Notes under the pieces: generated by a model
Told to the model about the DNA's origin: nothing
Databases searched by the model: none
The model's input: the letters and a program-made list of their open reading frames with translations, nothing else
Part shown: positions 55,736-64,000 of the stretch, one piece after another
Position numbering within the stretch: the first letter of the stretch is position 1
How the letters are laid out: each line of letters begins with the position of its first letter
From: Salinivirgaceae bacterium
GTDB taxonomy: Bacteria; Bacteroidota; Bacteroidia; Bacteroidales; SZUA-534
Direction: 5' to 3'
DNA: 64,000 bases
Assembly: GCA_016284875.1 (NCBI GenBank)
Contig: JAEEPS010000003.1
Location: forward strand, 21,579-85,578
Translations under genes and position numbers: made by a program

Positions 55736-57744
55736 TTCTTTATCATTGAATTAAACACTGCTTCATTGATTTTCACGGTATGCTTCGATCTCAGTTGCTC
55801 AAGCCATTCTGCTTCCAATTTGTTCTGATAGTCAGAAATAACCAGACCTCGGCACTCGTTGAGAGTTTTCGGCATTGGCGGAACGTTGCGCACTAAATAA
55901 AAGACGTATGACCGGCCCTCATGGTTCATGACTTTAGTTTTGGTCTTTCCCCACGCATCCTTGTCGATACGGATTCCGTCAATATCACACCATTTGCCAT
56001 CCACAATATTGTATTTCTTCGCGTCGCCACCCATTCCAATGCTGTCGGGCTCAACACCTATTTTTGCCATCGATGCTCTGACTTGCTTTTCATAGTCGCC
56101 TTTCTTTGAGCCCGCCTTCAATGCTGCAGCAATCTTGGTATCAGCGTTTTTCTTATCAGCATCGGAGAACGCGTTACCATTGTATGAGCACGATGCCACT
56201 TCTACCCTATCGCCCCACATATAGTTCTGCTTGTTGGCCTCATAGTATTTTTCGAGTCCTGCGGAGTCGGTTGCGGCTTTGGTCCAAACCATCTTGTCCA
56301 TCAGCGCAAAAAGAAGGATTCCGTCGTGGTACTCCTGAAGCAAATATCTTAATTCAGGATACTTACGAGGCAACTGCTCTTTAGCATAATCAGTAACCAT
56401 ATCCTCAACAATACGATCATATTCTTGTTTGAGCAGAATTTCGACAGGCTGTTTGGGCGCAGCACCACTGCTTTCCACTAGTTTTGCATAATCACCTTGC
56501 GTAAACTTCACAGTATCATTAATTGAAAAGATAACTTTATTGTGCCCTTTGATTTTGTCGGCCGTCCAACTTCCACTCCAAACCGATGTGTCGACCAGAT
56601 TATTGAACTCATATAAAGCCGCCTTGTCTTCTGTGAAATGATATTCTCGTTTAAGACGCTCTAGCACAACTTTTTCTGCATAGTCGCTTCGAACATCACG
56701 CGAAAGGAGTTTCATGATTTGGGGTTTCATGCTCTCATAATCGTCAAACGGTTTCACTTCTAATAGTTTGATAATGTGCCATCCATAAGATGTGTGAACA
56801 GGTTGAGAAATGTCACCTACATTTTTAAGAGAGAATGTTGCTTCTTCAAACTCCGGTACCATCATACCCGCAGCGAACCATCTCAGATCGCCTTGCTGGT
56901 CACGTGTTTTGTCATCGTCGGAGTAGCGAGTTACCATCTGTGCCCAATCAGCACCTGCTTTCAGTGAGTCGGAAATCATTTTCACCTTGTCGGCAGCAGC
57001 CTTTTGTTTTGCTTTGTCGGCATTTGGATCCACCTTAATCAATATGTGCGCCACATTAAACTTTCCTGGATTGGGACGGCGACTGTTTATTTTCAGAATA
57101 TGATAGCCGAAACGTGTGCGAAAAACTGGTGAAACTGCACCAACTTTAGTCTGGAAGGCAACTTTCTCGAATTCATAAATCATTGAAAACGCAGAAAAGA
57201 AGCCCAAATCACCGCCATTCTTCGCTACCGACGGATCATCAGAAGTTTCACGGGCAAGTTTTGCGAAATCCTCTCCTTTCAGTGCACGTTTACGAATACT
57301 CTCGGCTCGATTGTATGCCTTTAGAGAGTCGGCAGCACTGACATCCGGCTTGCAATTAACTATAATGTGCGATGCCCGGAGAATCCATTGAAGGTGCTCG
57401 TATGCCTCACGCGCTAGCGAGTCGTCGACTGACGGGTCTGTGAAATACGGCTTTTCGAGTTGTGAGCGGTAACCATCAAACTCGCGGCGGAAATCGGCTG
57501 TTGTATCCATTCCGGCAGCCTCTGCTTCATACACTTTGAGTTTATAGTCGATAAATAGACTCATATATCCGGACAGCGATGCGGAGTCGAATGTAACGTC
57601 AGTATTGTTCTTTTGGTAAAGACGAACAAACTCGTCTTTGCTAATTTGTTTATTATCAATAGTCAGCAATATATCTTCGCTGGCTGTTTGAGCGACGGCT
57701 GACATTGTGGCCGCCATGACAATTGACAGAAAAAAACTTCTCAT
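55732..57744 (-). CDS. Peptidyl-prolyl isomerase with two parvulin domains (PpiD/SurA family)
   Basis: Signal peptide, GGDLGFFSAFSMIYEFE...FGYHILKI and QGDLRWFAAGMMVPEFE...YGWHIIKLLE. Confidence 0.8.
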   Translation of the reverse strand: MRSFFLSIVMAATMSAVAQTASEDILLTIDNKQISKDEFVRLYQKNNTDVTFDSASLSGYMSLFIDYKLKVYEAEAAGMDTTADFRREFDGYRSQLEKPYFTDPSVDDSLAREAYEHLQWILRASHIIVNCKPDVSAADSLKAYNRAESIRKRALKGEDFAKLARETSDDPSVAKNGGDLGFFSAFSMIYEFEKVAFQTKVGAVSPVFRTRFGYHILKINSRRPNPGKFNVAHILIKVDPNADKAKQKAAADKVKMISDSLKAGADWAQMVTRYSDDDKTRDQQGDLRWFAAGMMVPEFEEATFSLKNVGDISQPVHTSYGWHIIKLLEVKPFDDYESMKPQIMKLLSRDVRSDYAEKVVLERLKREYHFTEDKAALYEFNNLVDTSVWSGSWTADKIKGHNKVIFSINDTVKFTQGDYAKLVESSGAAPKQPVEILLKQEYDRIVEDMVTDYAKEQLPRKYPELRYLLQEYHDGILLFALMDKMVWTKAATDSAGLEKYYEANKQNYMWGDRVEVASCSYNGNAFSDADKKNADTKIAAALKAGSKKGDYEKQVRASMAKIGVEPDSIGMGGDAKKYNIVDGKWCDIDGIRIDKDAWGKTKTKVMNHEGRSYVFYLVRNVPPMPKTLNECRGLVISDYQNKLEAEWLEQLRSKHTVKINEAVFNSMIKK

Positions 57745-58009
57745 TCCAATAATCTATATGTATTTGACATACATAATTCCAACATTCCATCATGCAAACA
57801 AGAATATATTTACCTGATAACAAGCATGATACAACTATCGAAACAATGCGTCATAATCGCGGCAAAATACAAAAAGAAAAAGATATACGAAATAGGTTTT
57901 CGGTGACGGGTTTTGATGTTAATAGATAGAGTTTGCTTGATTTTGTCCTCCAGTCTTGTAACACACCCGCAACCGCCGCGTCTCTTTCGGTGTGTTAAAT
58001 TTAAAGATT

Positions 58010-58735
58010 ATGAAAAAGACATTTTTACCGATTCTTATTTTTGTGATGCCGTTATTGTCTGTGGCACAGAACGATACCAATGACGGCAAACTTCAGGATT
58101 ACAAGATTATTACGGGCCGTTTCGAGGGCGGCTCGGCTGAGCAGCAGGGCGCATACGCCCAATTGTTCGGCGCCGACGACACGCAGCGCAAGTTCGATTT
58201 GTATTTTCATTGGTACAACATTGCGCACGAGTACAGCCACTGCCTTCTCGACTTTTACGGCAAGAGTGTTGGCGGCGTTGAGGAAGAGATGCTTGCCAAC
58301 AAGTTCGCGGTTGCCTATTGGCGGGCCGCTGGCTTTGCCGACGAACTCTCAACTCTGAAAAGCATACTCGACGGCGCGCTGTCGGCTTTTCCGAATCCTG
58401 TGCCCGATGGCAAGACGTTTACCGATTGGTACACAGAGATTTGGGGTACCGAGCAACTTATGAACGCCGCGGTTTACGGCTATTTTCAGTTCAAAAGTGT
58501 GCTCATTGCGATGGACGATGCCGACGACCTGACGCAGTGGTTTGCCAATGTCGGAATCGATGGTTTTTCACTGCCAAACGGTTGCCAATCAAAGAAATAT
58601 CCCATCAAGGCGGAGTCGGCATCCGATGTTCTGAACGATTTGCAGCAGTTCTTCAAGGCATCGGGCATTGAGCCTCCAACCGTCGGCCTTAATCTGACCA
58701 ACGACCCGATGACCCATCGCTCACAAAAGATGTAA
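58010..58735 (+). CDS. Secreted hypothetical protein
   Basis: The ATG at 58010 gives MKKTFLPILIFVMPLLSVAQ (signal peptide). No further motif recognised. Confidence 0.45.
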   Translation: MKKTFLPILIFVMPLLSVAQNDTNDGKLQDYKIITGRFEGGSAEQQGAYAQLFGADDTQRKFDLYFHWYNIAHEYSHCLLDFYGKSVGGVEEEMLANKFAVAYWRAAGFADELSTLKSILDGALSAFPNPVPDGKTFTDWYTEIWGTEQLMNAAVYGYFQFKSVLIAMDDADDLTQWFANVGIDGFSLPNGCQSKKYPIKAESASDVLNDLQQFFKASGIEPPTVGLNLTNDPMTHRSQKM

Positions 58736-58756
58736 AAGGTAGGGCGCAATCCTTCC

Positions 58757-58788
58757 GTCATTCAATTAATCAGTCATTCAGTTAATCA
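58757..58788 (+). repeat. Tandem 16-bp repeat upstream of dnaK
   Basis: GTCATTCAATTAATCA followed directly by GTCATTCAGTTAATCA. Confidence 0.6.
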
Positions 58789-58969
58789 ACCCTTAGTTTC
58801 CGCCATTCTGTCATACAACACTGACACGTTTCGGGCCGAATCGCTCTGCGGACTGACAAAAATTCGGACAGCGGCGGCCAAAAGCGGGCAAAAAACGTCT
58901 GGCACAGAGATTGTCAATCGTTGGGCAATCAATTTTAAAAATTGAACAACAATTTAAAATTTAAATATT

Positions 58970-60883
58970 ATGGGAAAGATAATTGGAATCGATTTAGGAA
59001 CCACAAACTCTTGCGTTGCCGTGATGGAAGGCAACGAACCTGTGGTTATTGCAAACAGCGAAGGCAAACGTACAACGCCTTCGGTAATCGGCTTTATTGA
59101 CGGCGGCGAGCGCAAAGTGGGCGACCCTGCAAAACGTCAGGCCATCACCAACCCGCAGAAGACCGTCTTCTCAATCAAGCGGTTTATGGGCGAGCGCTAC
59201 GACAATCTGACAAACGAAATCAACCGTGTGCCTTACAAGGTTGTGAAGGGCGACAACAACACCCCGCGTGTCGACATCGACGGCCGCCTGTACACACCGC
59301 AGGAGATTTCGGCCATCATTCTTCAGAAAATGAAGAAAACAGCCGAAGACTATCTGGGACAGGAAGTTACGGACGCCGTAATCACCGTGCCCGCTTACTT
59401 CAACGACTCACAGCGTCAGGCTACCAAAGAGGCTGGCGAGATTGCGGGCCTGAACGTCCGCCGTATTGTGAACGAGCCTACCGCGGCTGCCCTGGCTTAC
59501 GGCCTTGACAAGACCAACAAGGATATGAAGATTGTCGTTTTCGACTGCGGCGGCGGCACCCACGACGTGTCGGTGCTTGAACTTGGCGACGGCGTGTTTG
59601 AGGTGAAGGCTACCGACGGTGACACCCACCTGGGCGGTGACGACTTCGACCACCGCATTATTGAGTGGCTGGTTCAAGAGTTCAAAGACGAGAACTCTGG
59701 CGCCGATTTGAGCAAGGACCCAATGGCTCTGCAACGCTTGAAAGAGGCTGCCGAGAAGGCGAAAATCGAACTTTCGAACACCACATCGACCGAAATCAAC
59801 CTGCCTTACATTATGCCTGTCGACGGCGTTCCACGTCACTTGGTTCGCACGCTGACCCGTGCAAAATTCGAGCAGTTGATTGACGACCTTATCCAACGTA
59901 CAATCGCACCTTGCAAATCGGCTCTGCAAAACGCTGGTTTGACAGTTAACGATATCAACGAGGTTATTCTGGTGGGCGGCTCAACACGTATTCCTGCCAT
60001 CCAACAGGCTGTGGAGAAATTCTTCGGCAAGGCACCGTCGAAGGGCGTGAACCCCGACGAGGTGGTTGCCATCGGCGCTGCAATCCAAGGCGGCGTTTTG
60101 ACTGGCGACGTGAAGGACGTGCTGCTGCTCGACGTTACCCCGCTTTCGCTCGGCATCGAGACTATGGGCGGCGTGATGACCAAACTTATCGAGGCCAACA
60201 CCACCATCCCGACAAAGAAATCGGAAACCTTCACAACGGCTGTCGACAATCAGCCATCAGTTGAGATTCACGTGCTTCAGGGCGAGCGCTCAATGGCGAA
60301 GGACAACAAGACCATCGGCCGCTTCCACCTGGACGGCATTATGCCCGCACCGCGTGGTGTGCCGCAGATTGAGGTTACGTTCGACATCGACGCCAACGGC
60401 ATCCTGAACGTGTCGGCCAAAGACAAGGCCACTGGCAAGGAGCAGAAAATCCGCATCGAGGCATCGTCGGGTCTGTCTGACGACGAAATCAAGCGTATGA
60501 AGGCCGAAGCCGAGGCCAACGCCGAAGCCGACAAGAAGGAGAAGGAGCGCATCGACAAAATCAATCAGGCCGACTCAATGATTTTCCAAACCGAGAAGAA
60601 CCTGAAGGAGTACGGCGACAAACTGCCTGCCGACAAGAAATCGGCCATCGAGAGCGCGCTGAACAAACTGAAAGACGCTCACAAGGCTCAGGACATTGCC
60701 GCTATCGACGCCGCAATGAACGAGGTGAACACCGCCTTCCAAGCCGCTTCGCAGGATATGTACAACGCTCAGGCCCAAGCCCAACAGGCTCAGCCAAACG
60801 CTGGTCAGCAACAGCAAGCCAACAATGGTGGCAAGAACGGCTCAGACGAGGTGACGGACGTGGACTTCGAAGAGGTTAAATAA
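58970..60883 (+). CDS. dnaK: Molecular chaperone DnaK (Hsp70)
   Basis: [21 protein letters not shown]-equivalent [28 protein letters not shown] and a C-terminal EEVK-type tail. The match runs over the full length. Confidence 0.95.
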   Translation: MGKIIGIDLGTTNSCVAVMEGNEPVVIANSEGKRTTPSVIGFIDGGERKVGDPAKRQAITNPQKTVFSIKRFMGERYDNLTNEINRVPYKVVKGDNNTPRVDIDGRLYTPQEISAIILQKMKKTAEDYLGQEVTDAVITVPAYFNDSQRQATKEAGEIAGLNVRRIVNEPTAAALAYGLDKTNKDMKIVVFDCGGGTHDVSVLELGDGVFEVKATDGDTHLGGDDFDHRIIEWLVQEFKDENSGADLSKDPMALQRLKEAAEKAKIELSNTTSTEINLPYIMPVDGVPRHLVRTLTRAKFEQLIDDLIQRTIAPCKSALQNAGLTVNDINEVILVGGSTRIPAIQQAVEKFFGKAPSKGVNPDEVVAIGAAIQGGVLTGDVKDVLLLDVTPLSLGIETMGGVMTKLIEANTTIPTKKSETFTTAVDNQPSVEIHVLQGERSMAKDNKTIGRFHLDGIMPAPRGVPQIEVTFDIDANGILNVSAKDKATGKEQKIRIEASSGLSDDEIKRMKAEAEANAEADKKEKERIDKINQADSMIFQTEKNLKEYGDKLPADKKSAIESALNKLKDAHKAQDIAAIDAAMNEVNTAFQAASQDMYNAQAQAQQAQPNAGQQQQANNGGKNGSDEVTDVDFEEVK

Positions 60884-60920
60884 TTTTGAGACTCTGATTA
60901 GAGTTTAGATAAATGAAAAA

Positions 60921-60949
60921 GGCTACCCATTGAGGGTGGCCTTTTTTTG
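60921..60949 (+). terminator. Rho-independent terminator of dnaK
   Basis: GGCTACCC-ATTGA-GGGTGGCC stem-loop (one G-U pair) followed by TTTTTTTG. Confidence 0.7.
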
Positions 60950-61031
60950 TTATAAACATAGTTAAACGCGTTTATGTTATTATTCAGAAGAAATGGCAAA
61001 AAATAGTTATACTTGTTTCAGTAAATGATAA

Positions 61032-64000
61032 ATGACGGATGTAATGGGGCTGTACGAGGTTATAAAAGATAGTTTGTTTGGGAAAAAGGATGCCAAGCCA
61101 ACCATTGCGTTTATTGATACAGAAGTTGGTGTGCAAGACAAGAAGGTGCACGATATTGCGGCTATTGTCGGTAATAAGCAGTTTCATAGTTCGTTACAAC
61201 CTGAATTTGCGCAATTTGTGGCTGATGCCGAATACATTTGCGGGCACAATATTATCCACCACGACCTGGAATATCTACCAAAATTAGAAGGGAAGAAAAA
61301 CATTGACACACTTTATTTCTCACCATTGCTTTTTCCGAAGCGCCCCTATCATAAACTGCTGAAAGACGATAAAATAGATACTGAAGAGTTGAACAATCCG
61401 CTGAATGATTGTCAGAAGGCGCGTGACTTGTTTTATGATGAGGTGAATGCTTTCGAAGAATTGGATGATAATTGGAAATCAGTTTATTGCAATTTGCTTT
61501 ATGGCCAAAAGGAATTTTGCGGATTCTTCGATTATTTGGGAATAAAACCTGATGACACAAATATCGACCAATTGATAAAACAATTGTGTGATAGCAGAAT
61601 ATGCATTCATTCTCGAGTCGATTTAGTTGCGTACAAATATCCTGTTGAACTGGCTTATACACTTGCGCTAATATCAACTGGTGATAGTTTTTCGGTAACA
61701 CAGCCTTGGCTGATGCGCAATTACCCGAACATTGAAAATGTTATAAAATTCCTGTGCAATACACCTTGTCATACTGAAGATTGCAAGTATTGTAATGATA
61801 AACTCGATATACACAGGGGATTGAAAGAGATATTCGGCTACGAAAAGTTCAGACTTTTCGATGGGGAACCGATGCAAGAAAAAGCCGTTCAGGCGGCAGT
61901 TGATGGAAAATCGCTGTTGACGATTTTTCCGACTGGTGGCGGCAAATCGCTTACGTTTCAACTGCCAGCTTTTTTAGCAGGACACGCGGTTCACGGTCTC
62001 ACGGTTGTAATTTCGCCGTTGCAATCGCTTATGAAAGACCAAGTTGACAACTTGGCAGAACGAGGAATTACCGAGGCTGTGACCATTAACGGATTGCTCG
62101 ACCCGATAACACGGGCAAACGCCATTGAACGTGTAGCAAACGGAAGCGCAACAATGCTTTACATATCGCCCGAAATGCTGCGGTCAAAAACCATAGAAAA
62201 ATTGCTGGCTTCACGCAATGTGGTGCGTTTTGTTATTGACGAGGCGCACTGTTTCTCTGCTTGGGGGCAGGATTTCCGTGTTGATTATCTCTATATAGGC
62301 GATTTCATAAAAAAACTTCAGGAAAAACGTGGTTTCAAACAACCCATACCTGTGTCTTGTTTTACAGCAACAGCCAAACAAAAGGTTATCACCGATATAC
62401 GAGATTATTTTCAACGAAAATTAGACCTGAAACTTGAAACCATAGCATCGTCAGCAGCAAGGCAAAACCTGCGATATTCAGTTATTTACGCTGAAACGGA
62501 TAATGAAAAATACAACTTGCTGCGCAATCTGCTTCTTGCCGAGAACTGCCCGTCAATAGTCTATGTGTCGCGAACAAAAAAGACCACCGATTTGGCGGCT
62601 AAACTGAAAAAAGACGGCATTAACGCATTGCCTTTCAACGGAAAGATGGAAGCCAATGATAAAGTTCAAAACCAAAATGCGTTTATAAGTGGTGATGTGG
62701 ATGTTATGGTGGCTACTTCGGCTTTCGGAATGGGCGTTGATAAAGACAATGTCGGGCTGGTTATCCACTACGACATTTCCGATTCGCTTGAAAACTACGT
62801 GCAGGAAGCGGGTCGCGCTGGCCGAAATCCTAATATGAACGCAAAATGCTATGTTCTGTATAGCGACCACGACCTTGACAAACATTTCATTCTGCTAAAC
62901 CAAACCAAAATCAGTATCAGTGAGATACAACAAGTTTGGTCGGCAGTGAAAGCATTCACAAAGCAACGGCCGAATGTGAGTTGCTCGGCACTCGAAATCG
63001 CCCGACAGGCTGGTTGGGACGATGAAGTCTCTGATATTGAAACCCGTGTGCGCACTGCCATTGCCGCATTGGAAGAAGCTGGATATTTGAGCCGCGGCAA
63101 CAATGTTCCACAGGTGTTCGCAACTGGAATTATGGTCAAGAATATGGACGAGGCGCGGCAGCGGATAACCCATTCAAAATTGTTCTACGACGAAAAAGAG
63201 CAGCAGAACGCCATAAGAATCATTAAATCACTCATTTCGCAAAAAAATATTTACACGGCAACCGATGGCGATGCAGAATCGCGAATCGACTATCTTGCTG
63301 ATATTCTTGGCTTGACAAAAGAATCGGTGATTTCATCGGTGAATATGATGCGGCAGGAAGGCATTTTGGCCGATATGTTTGATATGTCGGCTTTTATCGA
63401 TTATTCTGCCAACAAATCGAAGCAGATTCTTGAAAACTTTGCCCGATTGGAATTGTTTGTAATTGAGACAATTGCCGATGCCGACACATTGTTTTCATAC
63501 AAAATGATAAACGAGCAGGCGCTTGCGCAAGGCATTCCGTCCACCATAAAGAACATTCGAACCTTGCTTTACTTCCTTACCATAAAGTCATACATTAAGA
63601 AAAAAGAGAATAGGCAAGCAGATTCTGACGAGGACAAACAAAGCGGTGTTGTGCGAACAGTATTGTGCCAAAGCAAGGAACAGACAATTAAAAAATACAA
63701 CAAGCGCATCGATATATGCCGTTTTGTGATTGACCGATTATACAAACTGGTGCAAGCAAAAAACGCCGAATCAAACGCGGCGAAAGCGGCCGTCACCTTT
63801 TCGGTTGTTTCTCTTCTCAATGACTATAAACAGCAGAATAACAATCTGTTTCAACAAGAAGAAGATACTACTATCGATGAAATCGAAGATGCGTTGCTCT
63901 ATTTGTCGAAGATTGATGCGATGAAACTTGAAGGCGGTTTTATGGTGCTATACAATGCTATGGAAATCCGCCGATTGAAAGAAAGTCGCTTTCAATACAA
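61032..64000 (+). CDS. Large RecQ-family helicase with N-terminal DnaQ-like 3'-5' exonuclease domain; C-terminus outside window
   Basis: Not in the supplied ORF track because no stop codon occurs before the window end. Reading from the ATG at 61032: FIDTEV...HNIIHHDL (exonuclease motifs), FPTGGGKSLTFQLPA (motif I), VIDEAHCFSAWGQDFR (DEAH), ATSAFGMGVDK, QEAGRAGR (motif VI). Confidence 0.8.
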   Translation, partial: MTDVMGLYEVIKDSLFGKKDAKPTIAFIDTEVGVQDKKVHDIAAIVGNKQFHSSLQPEFAQFVADAEYICGHNIIHHDLEYLPKLEGKKNIDTLYFSPLLFPKRPYHKLLKDDKIDTEELNNPLNDCQKARDLFYDEVNAFEELDDNWKSVYCNLLYGQKEFCGFFDYLGIKPDDTNIDQLIKQLCDSRICIHSRVDLVAYKYPVELAYTLALISTGDSFSVTQPWLMRNYPNIENVIKFLCNTPCHTEDCKYCNDKLDIHRGLKEIFGYEKFRLFDGEPMQEKAVQAAVDGKSLLTIFPTGGGKSLTFQLPAFLAGHAVHGLTVVISPLQSLMKDQVDNLAERGITEAVTINGLLDPITRANAIERVANGSATMLYISPEMLRSKTIEKLLASRNVVRFVIDEAHCFSAWGQDFRVDYLYIGDFIKKLQEKRGFKQPIPVSCFTATAKQKVITDIRDYFQRKLDLKLETIASSAARQNLRYSVIYAETDNEKYNLLRNLLLAENCPSIVYVSRTKKTTDLAAKLKKDGINALPFNGKMEANDKVQNQNAFISGDVDVMVATSAFGMGVDKDNVGLVIHYDISDSLENYVQEAGRAGRNPNMNAKCYVLYSDHDLDKHFILLNQTKISISEIQQVWSAVKAFTKQRPNVSCSALEIARQAGWDDEVSDIETRVRTAIAALEEAGYLSRGNNVPQVFATGIMVKNMDEARQRITHSKLFYDEKEQQNAIRIIKSLISQKNIYTATDGDAESRIDYLADILGLTKESVISSVNMMRQEGILADMFDMSAFIDYSANKSKQILENFARLELFVIETIADADTLFSYKMINEQALAQGIPSTIKNIRTLLYFLTIKSYIKKKENRQADSDEDKQSGVVRTVLCQSKEQTIKKYNKRIDICRFVIDRLYKLVQAKNAESNAAKAAVTFSVVSLLNDYKQQNNNLFQQEEDTTIDEIEDALLYLSKIDAMKLEGGFMVLYNAMEIRRLKESRFQY

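Noticed and set aside
58900-58914. Sigma-54-like -24/-12 element TGGCAC-N5-TTGT upstream of dnaK
   Set aside because: The -12 element reads GT instead of the essential GC, and a single partial match is expected by chance.
61252-63173. Minus-strand ORFs of 92-149 aa
   Set aside because: Antisense to the long RecQ-like reading frame, which carries full helicase motifs.
1-64000. CRISPR arrays, rRNA genes, IS elements with terminal inverted repeats, reverse transcriptases (retron/DGR)
   Set aside because: Scanning by eye, I found no regularly spaced direct repeats of 25-40 bp, no rRNA-like sequence, no transposase-like ORF and no RT motif (YxDD) in any sizeable ORF. This was not a computational search.

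Overview
Family names below come from motifs I could read in the translations; no database search was possible.

This looks like a Bacteroidales-type chromosomal window. Supporting signs are a T9SS C-terminal sorting domain, TAnnTTTG -7 promoter boxes, an NBU-like mobilizable element, and a SurA/MoxR/OstA housekeeping block.

Layout:
- (a) 1-9.7 kb: the 3' part of a giant MBG-repeat surface protein, then cell-envelope genes (deacetylase-like, wecB, glycosyltransferase, murB, TRIC channel).
- (b) 9.7-12.0 kb: a C5-cytosine methyltransferase plus an unknown 321-aa partner.
- (c) 12,332-50,581: a ~38 kb integrative mobilizable element inserted into the 3' end of tRNA-Ser(UGA). It is bounded by a 15-bp direct repeat and encodes an integrase, an HTH/excisionase-like protein, MobC and a relaxase. 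Its cargo is almost entirely defence or toxin-antitoxin genes:
  - a decayed YoeB-type TA pair, hipBA, umuDC plus two umuD remnants, and an orphan AbiEi-like gene;
  - a type I R-M operon with two divergent hsdM genes and embedded GIY-YIG and GmrSD-like genes;
  - a two-gene helicase-nuclease module with a possibly Argonaute-like partner (DdmDE-like architecture);
  - an SF1 helicase fused to a DUF559-type endonuclease;
  - a second tyrosine recombinase;
  - a divergently transcribed block of seven uncharacterised ORFs showing segmental duplication.
- (d) 50.6-64 kb: core genes, namely tRNA-Ser, an OstA-like protein, MoxR, three SurA/PpiD-type PPIases, and dnaK. There is also a large RecQ-like helicase ORF that runs off the window and is missing from the ORF track.

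Most worth following up: the DdmDE-like pair, the helicase-DUF559 gene with its repeat-rich structured upstream region, the double-hsdM R-M operon, and the unknown-function cassette block at 44.4-50.0 kb.
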